Shown: one piece after another, positions 18,179-26,505 of the stretch | Layout of the letters: each line of letters begins with the position of its first letter | Position numbering within the stretch: the stretch's first letter is position 1 | From: a virus | Taxonomy: Duplodnaviria; Caudoviricetes | DNA: 50,145 nucleotides | IMG/VR virus record: IMGVR_UViG_3300006224_000001 | Span: 1 to 50,145 of that record | Reading direction: 5' to 3' (one strand) | Program-made: the position numbers and the translations under genes | The notes under the pieces: model-generated | Database searches by the model: none | The model's input: only the letters and a program-made list of their open reading frames with translations | What the model was told of the DNA's origin: nothing

Positions 18179-19507
18179 ATGAAAACCAATGTGAAAAAAG
18201 CTGGCGCAGAAAAAACACACGAAGGCGGATTGTCTACCGCGACACTGACGGCAGCGCAGGAACTTCGCCGGACGGTGATGTGCTGCATGTTGTTCGAGGA
18301 TTCGTTCTACGAATCTGGTATTTCTGCTACAGATCGCATGAAAGCGTTGCTGAAAAAAACATCGTTCGAGGACGCCGCACAGATCGCCATTGACGCCCGT
18401 GAGAAAATGAAGCTGCGTCATGTCCCGCTTTTTCTATTGCGCGAGTTGTTGCGCAATCATTCGGGGCGCAAAGTGGGGGACTTAGTGGCGCGCGTTATCC
18501 AGCGTCCTGACGAGCTTGGTGAGTTGCTTGCGTTGTACTGGAAGGACGGCAAGGATCAACCGTTGCCTGCGCAGCTTAAGATTGGGCTGGCACGCGCGCT
18601 CAAGAAGTTCAACGAGTACAGTATTGGCAAGTACATCAACCGCGATGCCTCCGTGAAAATCCGCGACGTGATGTTCTTGAGCCATGCGAAACCGAACGAT
18701 GAAGCGCAAGAGGCGCTGTTCAAAAAGATCGCCGACAACACCGTTTCTGTACCAGATACATGGGAAGTTGAATTGTCTGGGGGCGCTGACAAGAAATCCA
18801 CGTTTGAGCGCCTAATGGCAGAAAACAAACTGGGCGCGCTGGCATTGTTGCGTAATCTGCGCGGCATGTTGGCGACTGGAGTGTCTGAAGATGCGATTCG
18901 TGATGCACTCGGCAAAATGAAAGTTGATCGTGTATTGCCGTTCCGCTTTATTGCAGCGGCGCGCTATGCTCCGCGCCTTGAGGATGCGCTTGAGCAAGCT
19001 ATGTTTCGTTGTTTGTCGGAAGTGCCAAAACTTGGCGGCAAGACGGCTTTGCTGATTGACCATTCCGGTTCAATGAAAGGATTGGTTTCTGCGAAGTCAG
19101 AGATTACTAGATTCGATGCGGCTGCTGCGGTGGCGATGATATTGCGCGAGACTACAGACCGCTGCCGTGTGTTCACGTTTGCGGAAGATTGCATCGAAAT
19201 CCCGCCGCGTCGCGGATTCGCAATGGTGCAGGCTGTGCAGGCTGTGGTTAATCCGGTGTCAACCAAACTCGGGAAGGCCGTCAAGCACGTTTACGCAGAG
19301 TTTCCTGAGTGTGATCGCATTATTGTGATAACTGACGAACAATCACAAGACCGACCGCAACATCCTAAAGGTAGTGGTTATATCGTCAATGTAGCTGGAT
19401 ACCAAAACGGCATTGGTTACGGCCCTTGGGTTACAATAGACGGATGGAGCGAGTCTATTGTGGAGTACATCAAAGCGAATGAAGAACCCAACCCCGAAGG
19501 AAATTAA
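18179..19507 (+). CDS. Ro60/TROVE-domain RNA-binding protein (Rsr-like) with vWA domain
   Basis: THEGG start, FEDSFYESG, LRHVPL, PDTWEVELS, ALLRNLR and VLPFRF motifs; MIDAS-like DHSGSM and ITDEQ; AAGGAG RBS. Confidence 0.93.
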   Translation: MKTNVKKAGAEKTHEGGLSTATLTAAQELRRTVMCCMLFEDSFYESGISATDRMKALLKKTSFEDAAQIAIDAREKMKLRHVPLFLLRELLRNHSGRKVGDLVARVIQRPDELGELLALYWKDGKDQPLPAQLKIGLARALKKFNEYSIGKYINRDASVKIRDVMFLSHAKPNDEAQEALFKKIADNTVSVPDTWEVELSGGADKKSTFERLMAENKLGALALLRNLRGMLATGVSEDAIRDALGKMKVDRVLPFRFIAAARYAPRLEDALEQAMFRCLSEVPKLGGKTALLIDHSGSMKGLVSAKSEITRFDAAAAVAMILRETTDRCRVFTFAEDCIEIPPRRGFAMVQAVQAVVNPVSTKLGKAVKHVYAEFPECDRIIVITDEQSQDRPQHPKGSGYIVNVAGYQNGIGYGPWVTIDGWSESIVEYIKANEEPNPEGN

Positions 19508-19661
19508 AAAAGTGCGGCTTGCTTCTGGTTTAACTCAGGAGCAGGCCGCTTCTTCAATTGGCTATTCCCGTAGAGCATGGCAGGAATGGGAGTCTGGAAG
19601 GCGCACTATGCGAAGATCGACCATGAACGCTTTTAATTTAGCCGTGAGTCTGACGGGTTGA
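19479..19661 (+). CDS. XRE-family HTH regulator
   Basis: PTPKEIKKVRLASGLTQEQAA..IGYSRRAWQEWESGRR; overlaps the Ro60 3' end. Confidence 0.85.
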   Translation: MKNPTPKEIKKVRLASGLTQEQAASSIGYSRRAWQEWESGRRTMRRSTMNAFNLAVSLTG

Positions 19662-19689
19662 GTTATGGAGAATTCAAAAGGATATTTAT

Positions 19690-19866
19690 ATGGTTAAGGC
19701 TATTTTGTTCTTTGTGTTAGTTTGGGTGTTGGTGATTGCTGGAATTGTTGTATTCAGAGCTATGACAGCAAAAGAAAAATGGTCAGTTGTTAAAACGGCC
19801 TTATTTGGTGGAGTGACAGCCATTGTTGCTACGGCACTGGTTGTATTTATTGTTATACTTTTCTGA
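19690..19866 (+). CDS. Small two-TM membrane protein (58 aa)
   Basis: Manual translation MVKAILFFVLVWVLVIAGIVVFR...LVVFIVILF; AAGGA RBS. Confidence 0.7.
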   Translation: MVKAILFFVLVWVLVIAGIVVFRAMTAKEKWSVVKTALFGGVTAIVATALVVFIVILF

Positions 19867-19877
19867 AAGGAAGTGAA

Positions 19878-20669
19878 ATGAAAAAGATTATCATTGCTGT
19901 ATTTGTATTGGTTCTGTCCGCGCTTATGTCTGGTTGTGAGCGAATCGAAACCGGCGAGGTTGGTTTGCGCATCGGATTCGATAAGCAAATCCAGTCTGGA
20001 GAGTTACAGCCTGGTTCATTCAATCAGGTGATGGTGGGAAGCGTCCTAACCTTCCCCGTTCGCGACATTGCCGTTAACCTTGACGACATTCGCCCACAAA
20101 CCTCGGACAACTCCACCCTATCCGAAATGGATGTGACGGTGATCTACAGCATCAATCCTGCTGCGGTTGCAGAAATCTACACGCAGAAGTCTCGCTCATT
20201 CCATTCGGAAGAAAACGGCGATACCTACCTGATGTACAACTACATGACCACATTGGCGCGTACTGCTGCATACAAGGCTGCTGCGCTCTATCCGGCGATG
20301 GAATCCGTTAAGCGCCGCGATGAAATCGAGAACGCTACAATCAAGTTTGTGACCGAAGCGCTCAAGAATGAACATCTCGACACCTCGCTGACGTTGACTA
20401 AAGTACAGGTGCGGGCAATTCAACCGGCGCAGACAATCATCGACACAGCAAACGAAGCGATTGCCGCACAGAACCGCCTGATTACCGTTAAGAAGCAAGT
20501 CGAAATCGCCCATGAAGAGGCGAAGCGGCAGGAAATGCTGTCCAAACCCGCCAGCATTGCATATATGAAGGCGCAGACCGAATTGAATTACTCTGAGGCC
20601 GCAAAGGGCGGGCATGTAAGCATGATGATCGTGCCGCATAACTTCAACGCGCTGGGGCAATTCAAATGA
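19878..20669 (+). CDS. SPFH/band-7 (prohibitin-like) lipoprotein
   Basis: Lipobox LMSGC, RIETGEVG.R and T.DN..L..D.TV.Y motifs; C-terminal coiled coil. Confidence 0.88.
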   Translation: MKKIIIAVFVLVLSALMSGCERIETGEVGLRIGFDKQIQSGELQPGSFNQVMVGSVLTFPVRDIAVNLDDIRPQTSDNSTLSEMDVTVIYSINPAAVAEIYTQKSRSFHSEENGDTYLMYNYMTTLARTAAYKAAALYPAMESVKRRDEIENATIKFVTEALKNEHLDTSLTLTKVQVRAIQPAQTIIDTANEAIAAQNRLITVKKQVEIAHEEAKRQEMLSKPASIAYMKAQTELNYSEAAKGGHVSMMIVPHNFNALGQFK

Positions 20670-20869
20670 AAAATGGATTTACCTTGATTGAGCTAATGAT
20701 TGTGGTGGCGATAGTTGGAATTCTTGCGGCAGTTGTAATACCGGCTATTACCGGAAAGTCATACCGAGTTCCTCCAGATTGCCGCTCTGGTTATCAATTT
20801 GATCGCCAGTCTGGAAGGCAGATTATTGGTGCGAATGGCGGCGGTGTGCCGTGTGAAGGGATAAAATGA
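20666..20869 (+). CDS. Type IV pilin-like protein (class III signal peptide)
   Basis: MKNG|FTLIELMIVVAIVGILAAV..P with E5; short two-Cys head domain. Confidence 0.88.
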   Translation: MKNGFTLIELMIVVAIVGILAAVVIPAITGKSYRVPPDCRSGYQFDRQSGRQIIGANGGGVPCEGIK

Positions 20870-21237
20870 ACCTACTGAAATGGTTTAAAAGAAAGCCGAA
20901 AGAAGAATGGCATCAAACTCAAGAAGAGCGCGATGCAATCTTGGCTGAACAAAAGAAATATTCAGAAATGTATTCAAACCAAGCCGTTATTGCAAAAGCC
21001 GCATGGGAAGCAGAAAACGACCGTCTAAGGAAGCTGGATGCTTGCAACCTTGGAACGACTCATTTGGCGTTTAATGGCACTTATGAGGATTACATGAGAA
21101 TTAAAGCAATGCGCGATTACTCAAATATGCAAGGATATGCCGCTCAGCAAGCTGCGCAAATGCAAGAATCGCGGAATATGGCAGGGCTTTCAGGACAAGC
21201 GGCATACGGAAATCAATTATTCCGTATATTTGGCTGA
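20866..21237 (+). CDS. Hypothetical protein
   Basis: 123-aa ORF coupled to the pilin-like gene by an ATGA overlap. Confidence 0.65.
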   Translation: MNLLKWFKRKPKEEWHQTQEERDAILAEQKKYSEMYSNQAVIAKAAWEAENDRLRKLDACNLGTTHLAFNGTYEDYMRIKAMRDYSNMQGYAAQQAAQMQESRNMAGLSGQAAYGNQLFRIFG

Positions 21238-21257
21238 TTTAATGCTAAAATATAACC

Positions 21258-21333
21258 TGCGATGGTCGTCTAAGTGGATAAGACAATGCCCTCATACGGC
21301 ATAGACGGGGTTCGAGGCCTACGGTCGCAACCA
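21258..21333 (+). tRNA. tRNA with CAT anticodon (Met/Ile2-like); imperfect acceptor and T stems
   Basis: D-arm GTCT...AGAC, anticodon arm ATGCC-CTCATAC-GGCAT, GGTTCGA and encoded CCA; mismatches in two stems. Confidence 0.65.
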
Positions 21334-21340
21334 AGATACT

Positions 21341-21415
21341 CTGCTGCTAGCTTAACGGACAAAGCAACCGGCTTCTATCCGGTGAATGGGAGTTCAATTC
21401 TCTCGCGGCAGGCCA
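21341..21415 (+). tRNA. tRNA-Arg(TCT)
   Basis: CTGCTGC/GCGGCAG acceptor, ACCGG-CTTCTAT-CCGGT anticodon arm, GGGAG-TTCAATT-CTCTC T-arm, G-CCA end. Confidence 0.9.
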
Positions 21416-21427
21416 GATGAGGATTTA

Positions 21428-21754
21428 ATGAGAGAGCTTTCACTAAAACCATATAACGGTCGTGTTTTTTTGGCGTCATCGGCCAAAGATTACCAAATTG
21501 CACATAAAAAGCTATTCAAAGAGCCCGATATTTTATCTTGCGCACAAGTTGGTAGATTTTCCGGGGGATGTGGAAAAGATCAATTCTGGACGTATTTAGT
21601 GTGGGCCACGTCTCCGGCAACATTGGCGCATGAAATGTCCCATGTGGTGCTTCATGTGTTTGAACGATGCGGAATTGACCCTAGAGAAGCTGGAGGGGAG
21701 CCATTTTGCTATATGCTTTCTCAACTAATTCTGGATGCTAAAAATGGACACTAA
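21428..21754 (+). CDS. Small zincin-like metallopeptidase
   Basis: LAHEMSHVV (HExxH) with downstream EPFCY. Confidence 0.7.
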   Translation: MRELSLKPYNGRVFLASSAKDYQIAHKKLFKEPDILSCAQVGRFSGGCGKDQFWTYLVWATSPATLAHEMSHVVLHVFERCGIDPREAGGEPFCYMLSQLILDAKNGH

Positions 21755-22024
21755 CCAAATCTGCGCACTAATTGCAATAGTTGGAATTGTGGTAGTATTT
21801 ATCTATCAGTACGCTAAATCAATTTTTGAGGCTAGCTAACATGGCTAATATTGAAACATCACTGTTTACGCAAGCTGATGAAATCAGAGAGGATGCTGGA
21901 CAAATATTGCTGACATCTACTAACGAATTCAAAGGCGATCATATTATGATTCGCGTGGAAATGTTATATTCCTATGCCAAAGGTCTTGAATTTGCCTTAC
22001 AATGCATGAAACCAACTGAAAAGA

Positions 22025-22282
22025 ATGAATAAGGTTGAAGAACTGCCGAAATGGTTGCAAGAAGCGATTGAGCGAATTAACGCCGAAACTCAACGGATTG
22101 TCTTGGATACACAAGAAAAATTAGATAAATTCCAAGATGAGAAGGAATATGGGCGGAAATTGCGTTTGGGGGATACAATAATCTTTACGGTTCCGCCTAA
22201 ATTTGTGGCAGATGTGCAGCAAGAATTGGATGATTGGAAAGCGCGGGAATTTTTAAGAAATAACCCAGAATATAGGAAATAA
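22025..22282 (+). CDS. Hypothetical protein
   Basis: 85-aa coupled ORF. Confidence 0.6.
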   Translation: MNKVEELPKWLQEAIERINAETQRIVLDTQEKLDKFQDEKEYGRKLRLGDTIIFTVPPKFVADVQQELDDWKAREFLRNNPEYRK

Positions 22283-22284
22283 TC

Positions 22285-22515
22285 ATGGCAAACGCACTCA
22301 AAAAGCTAGTATCAGGTATTTACGACCGCCAGCCAGATCAAACGCAGGGGATTGAAACTACCGCCAGACCCAATCCAGGAATACTTGGAACTGGCCTAGC
22401 CAGCAATGCTGCAACCGGAATGCTAATGGCTGAATACCGCAATTATATTGCTGAAGCCGAGGCTAACGGACAGCCTTACCCCACTTTTGAAGAATGGATG
22501 ATGCAGAGGCGATAA
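22285..22515 (+). CDS. Hypothetical protein (possible internal virion protein)
   Basis: MANALKKL start and LGTGLA..AA segment. Confidence 0.6.
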   Translation: MANALKKLVSGIYDRQPDQTQGIETTARPNPGILGTGLASNAATGMLMAEYRNYIAEAEANGQPYPTFEEWMMQRR

Positions 22516-22826
22516 TGACAGAACAACAATACACCTGCCCCAAGTGCTTCAAGAACTACACCCGATTTACCATCGCCGAGCATTACGCATGTGGCGTTGA
22601 GCCGCCTGACAATGAAGTCAGGCCAAAAATCAATATTGATGCGGTGGTGAGCAACGTAGAAAATATGCTGCAATCAGGCCTTGAGGCTGATTTGGTCAGT
22701 GAAATTCCGGTAGAGCCTGTAGCTTATGGCGAACCAACTGAAACAGAGTCAACTGTCGAAACCACGCAACCAGCAGACCCAAATCCCGCACCAAAGAAGC
22801 GCGGCAGGCCAACTAAAGCAAAGTGA
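22515..22826 (+). CDS. Zinc-finger protein with C-terminal AT-hook-like motif
   Basis: CPKC...H..C and PKKRGRP motifs. Confidence 0.65.
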   Translation: MTEQQYTCPKCFKNYTRFTIAEHYACGVEPPDNEVRPKINIDAVVSNVENMLQSGLEADLVSEIPVEPVAYGEPTETESTVETTQPADPNPAPKKRGRPTKAK

Positions 22827-23001
22827 ATAAACTTATCCCGATAAGCGAAGTAGTTAAAGATTTTATACGCATTGAGGCGAAAGTGTGCAAGGAACACGGA
22901 TGGAAACCCGGAGAGCTTCTTGCCGCAATAGTAAAAGCTGAGACGCAACCAAAAACGGACTAGACCATTTTCTAGGTAATGTGTGGTATAAATGACACAT
23001 T

Positions 23002-23442
23002 ATGAGTAAAGAAGAGAAACAACTTCCAGCAAAGCAGCAGCTATTCATCAAGGAATACCTTATTGATTTGAATGGTACGCAAGCGGCTATTCGCGCAGGT
23101 TATAGCCAGAAGACCGCGAACGAGCAGGCATCACGTCTGTTAGCGAATGCTAATATCCGTAGCGCAGTTCAAGAAGCGATGGATAAACGCTCAGAAGACC
23201 TCGGCATTGACGCCAAATATGTCCTCCAGACGATTAAAAACACAATTGAGAGGTGTAGCCAAGCAGAGCAGGTAAAAGGCCCTGACGGCACAGTATCGGG
23301 CGAATACAAGTTTGACTCTTCTGCCGTGCTGAAAGGTGCGGAACTGCTTGGAAAGCACCTGAAGATGTTTACTGACAAAGCCGAGGTTGAGCATAAGGGA
23401 AATGTCACTCTGCTGTTAAGCAATGACGACGCAAGCATTTAA
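23002..23442 (+). CDS. terS: Terminase small subunit
   Basis: KQ..F.KEYLIDLNGTQAAIRAGYS.KTA...ASRLL and ELLGKHL.MF motifs. Confidence 0.95.
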   Translation: MSKEEKQLPAKQQLFIKEYLIDLNGTQAAIRAGYSQKTANEQASRLLANANIRSAVQEAMDKRSEDLGIDAKYVLQTIKNTIERCSQAEQVKGPDGTVSGEYKFDSSAVLKGAELLGKHLKMFTDKAEVEHKGNVTLLLSNDDASI

Positions 23443-24781
23443 ACTCACTCCAAAGCAGTTACAAGCCAATTCACTGCTTGCCAGTGATGCCACGCACATA
23501 ATGCTGTTTGGCGGCTCAAGAAGCGGCAAGACGTTCGTTTTAGTCCGTGCTGTATGCCTAAGAGCTATCAAAGCCGCGAAGTCTCGCCATGCTATCGTTA
23601 GATTCCGATTCAACGCTGTAAAGAACTCAATCGTTCTCGACACTTTTCCTAAAGTCATGGCTTTATGCTTTCCTGGCGTAAAGTACACACTCAACAAGTC
23701 AGACTGGTACGTTATCTTTGAGAATGGCTCGGAGATATGGTTTGCGGGCTTGGACGACAAGGAGCGCACCGAGAAGATTCTGGGTATGGAGTTTGCGACG
23801 ATCTACCCTAACGAATGCTCCCAGATACCTTACGGGTCGATTGAGACCGCTATTACCCGATTGGCCCAAAAGGCAGAACAGCAGGCTATAGGTGATTTGC
23901 CAGCAACTACGCTAAAGCCTCGGGTGTTTTATGACTGCAATCCTCCGCCCAAATCCCATTGGACATACAAGCTATTCAGGGAAAAACGTCATCCAGACAC
24001 GAAAGAGAACCTTAAACACCCTGAAAACTACGCATCCATGCAGATTAATCCGATGGATAACACGGAAAACCTCGCAGATGGGTATTTGGACACCTTAAAG
24101 GCTATGAGCGCCCGAGCGCGTAAACGGTTTCTTGATGGTGAGTTTGCAGATGCTACACCGAATCAGTTATTCCCCGAGGAGCACATAGACAAATGGAGGG
24201 TTACAGATGGAATTTTGCCTGATATGGTTCGTGTCGTGGTGGCTGTTGACCCTAGCGGTGCAGACGATGAGGACAATGCTGACAATGACGCGATAGGTAT
24301 CGTGGTAGCTGGTTTAGGTACTGATGGTAATGCCTACATAGGTCCTGATCTAACTGTTAAGGCTGGCCCTGCTACTTGGGGTAAAGTTGCGACAGACGCC
24401 TATGACAATCACGAAGCCGACGCAATCGTAGGAGAAACGAACTACGGCGGAGCGATGGTTCAGCACGTTATCAAGACCTGCCGACCGCGCACCAACTTCG
24501 TCAAAGTGACTGCCAGCCGAGGCAAAGCGCAACGAGCGGAGCCATTCTCTGCCCTTTATGAGCAAGGAAAGGTGCGGCATGTTGGCTATCTAAATGAACT
24601 GGAAGACGAACTAGCCGGATTCTCAACCTATGGCTATACAGGCGAACACTCACCGAATAGGGCCGATGCGGCTATTTGGGCGCTTGCTGCATTGTTCCCA
24701 GGAATCGTGAAAGAGAAGAAAGAGAAGAAAAAAGAGCCTGCCGCTAACCCATATTCTCACGCACAATCATGGATGGGATAA
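23423..24781 (+). CDS. terL: Terminase large subunit
   Basis: Walker A GGSRSGKT; nuclease VVAVDPS, E.NYGG and SPNRADA motifs. Confidence 0.95.
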   Translation: MTTQAFKLTPKQLQANSLLASDATHIMLFGGSRSGKTFVLVRAVCLRAIKAAKSRHAIVRFRFNAVKNSIVLDTFPKVMALCFPGVKYTLNKSDWYVIFENGSEIWFAGLDDKERTEKILGMEFATIYPNECSQIPYGSIETAITRLAQKAEQQAIGDLPATTLKPRVFYDCNPPPKSHWTYKLFREKRHPDTKENLKHPENYASMQINPMDNTENLADGYLDTLKAMSARARKRFLDGEFADATPNQLFPEEHIDKWRVTDGILPDMVRVVVAVDPSGADDEDNADNDAIGIVVAGLGTDGNAYIGPDLTVKAGPATWGKVATDAYDNHEADAIVGETNYGGAMVQHVIKTCRPRTNFVKVTASRGKAQRAEPFSALYEQGKVRHVGYLNELEDELAGFSTYGYTGEHSPNRADAAIWALAALFPGIVKEKKEKKKEPAANPYSHAQSWMG

Positions 24782-24863
24782 GCAAAACTACGCATTGCCT
24801 GCCGCTTGCAACGGTAAATGTGCTAGAATATGGCATTCGCGGAATGAATAAGGAATGATAAAT

Positions 24864-25136
24864 ATGGAACAGCCACAATCCACAAATAAAGCCGATGGTG
24901 ATGTGCCCGATGTTGCGCGCGTTGTTAGGCCATGCAAGGCATGCGGAAGTGTGCGGTATGAGATTCATCATTTGTACACAGGCTATAGAGAGCGATTGCT
25001 TATCGTTCAGTGTGGCGACTGTAAAGAAAAGATTATTCCAGTTGTGGTGGATTACTTTATGCCAGAATCCGAATTGTATTCAACGTGCAAAGCAGTGTGG
25101 AATTCGGCTCAATTGAGCATAAACCACAAACCATAA
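24864..25136 (+). CDS. Zinc-ribbon protein (Lar-like pattern)
   Basis: PCKACGS...VQCGDC...WN motif. Confidence 0.55.
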   Translation: MEQPQSTNKADGDVPDVARVVRPCKACGSVRYEIHHLYTGYRERLLIVQCGDCKEKIIPVVVDYFMPESELYSTCKAVWNSAQLSINHKP

Positions 25137-25152
25137 ACGAAAGTGAATCGAA

Positions 25153-25638
25153 ATGATTAAAACCCGCGCTGATCTATTTGAAGCTGCTGCAAAGATGATG
25201 CGGATATGCGATGAGGCTGAGATTCAGCATACGTTCAAATTTGGAGGCATAAGATATACAAATATAGAGAATCGCCCGCTTAGTTTTTCTCATGATTCGT
25301 ATATGTACGAATTTCCTCTCGCCATAGTTGAAGGCAAGCCGGTGTTTGTTGGGGATGAGTTGTATGAAGACGGAAATAAAGTTGTTGTTGTTTCAAAACA
25401 TCCAAATTGCGATTCTTTGCAATGGTTAGGTGTTGGTGCGTTTAAAGATGAGGCGTTGCTTGGTATGCCGCTTGAGCATTGGTCATGGAACCCACCCACG
25501 CCCGCAACTGTAATGGTTGAGCTTCTGCGCGAGGATGCTGAATTCATGTTTTCTGCATATAGTGCTGACGAACCTCCATTCTGCAAAAGCAAAACGGCTC
25601 GTATTGCCGAAGCTTGCCGCAAAGCCTTAGACAAATGA
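25153..25638 (+). CDS. Hypothetical protein, paralog of 3802..4221
   Basis: Shared blocks EFPLAIVEGKPVFVGDELY and WNPP.P.TVMVELLREDAE. Confidence 0.8.
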   Translation: MIKTRADLFEAAAKMMRICDEAEIQHTFKFGGIRYTNIENRPLSFSHDSYMYEFPLAIVEGKPVFVGDELYEDGNKVVVVSKHPNCDSLQWLGVGAFKDEALLGMPLEHWSWNPPTPATVMVELLREDAEFMFSAYSADEPPFCKSKTARIAEACRKALDK

Positions 25639-25640
25639 CC

Positions 25641-25669
25641 TTGCGCATATTAGAAACTTCTAATACAAT
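25641..25669 (+). promoter_or_regulatory. Sigma70 promoter with an ATTAG-N6-CTAAT palindrome in its spacer
   Basis: TTGCGC-17-TACAAT; palindrome at 25649-25664. Confidence 0.7.
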
Positions 25670-25721
25670 TGGAGAAGTATAGCCTTATCAACCTAATGCC
25701 GATACGGCACTGGAGAACGCC

Positions 25722-26489
25722 ATGATTCTGAATAGCGCACGTAGACTGACAATCAACCTGACCACGGCGGCCACTTCGCTGAACATGCCCGTACTGGTCG
25801 ATTACATGGATTACAACGGCGTTTCGATGCGCCCTGGAACCCAAACATCCACAACAAACGGGACTACTGCGGTAGATATTGTATTCGCTCCCGACAGCCA
25901 GACTCAGCGAGAAATCACCCTCATCCAGATTTACAACCGCGACACAGCGGCAAAGACTGTGCAGATCGCTCTGATCGACAACGGTACATCTTTCAACCTA
26001 CAAGACGTAACTCTTCAAGTCGATGATGTACTTACATACACCGATGAGGGCGCATGGAAAGTCACCGATGTAAACGGTAACACCAAGTCAACCTCAACGA
26101 TTGCTGGTCTTCTGTCCACTTCTGCATCTACTGGAATCGGTTACGCAACCGGAGCGGGCGCGGCAGTAACTCAGATTACTAACCGTTCGACTGGCGTAAC
26201 GATCAATGCGGTATGCGGAACAATTCAAACAGACACGACTTCATTAGCCGCTGGAGCAAGCGCAGAATTCACCGTAACCAATAGCGCGGTAGCGATTGGC
26301 GATGTGGTTGTAGTATCTCAACGCTCTGGCTCTGCTTTGGTTGCTGGTGTTGCAGGAACTACGATTGTCGAGGTTGTAACTGTTGCCGCAGGTTCATTTA
26401 TCTTGTCGGTAAATAATAACTCTTCAACTACGGCGGAGACTGGCGCAATCATTATAAACTTCGCCGTTATCAAGGCCGTGGCATCTTAG
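25722..26489 (+). CDS. Putative virion structural/fibre protein; N-terminal domain paralogous to 46989..48167
   Basis: Thr/Ala/Gly-rich; GIGYATGAG.AVTQ.T.RSTGVTIN C-terminal domain. Confidence 0.7.
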   Translation: MILNSARRLTINLTTAATSLNMPVLVDYMDYNGVSMRPGTQTSTTNGTTAVDIVFAPDSQTQREITLIQIYNRDTAAKTVQIALIDNGTSFNLQDVTLQVDDVLTYTDEGAWKVTDVNGNTKSTSTIAGLLSTSASTGIGYATGAGAAVTQITNRSTGVTINAVCGTIQTDTTSLAAGASAEFTVTNSAVAIGDVVVVSQRSGSALVAGVAGTTIVEVVTVAAGSFILSVNNNSSTTAETGAIIINFAVIKAVAS

Positions 26490-26505
26490 AAATAAGGCTT
26501 AAACC

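Noticed and set aside
17598-18218. 206-aa minus-strand ORF over the Y-RNA region
   Set aside because: It is antisense to the sulfotransferase-like gene, the RNA array and Ro60, with no recognisable motif; treated as a shadow ORF.
21386-21427. N-terminal extension of the 21386 ORF
   Set aside because: It overlaps tRNA-Arg; the ATG at 21428 has a GAGGA RBS.
22827-23001. Non-coding gap before terS as ncRNA or pac site
   Set aside because: Only short weak hairpins were seen, and nothing specific can be supported from sequence alone.
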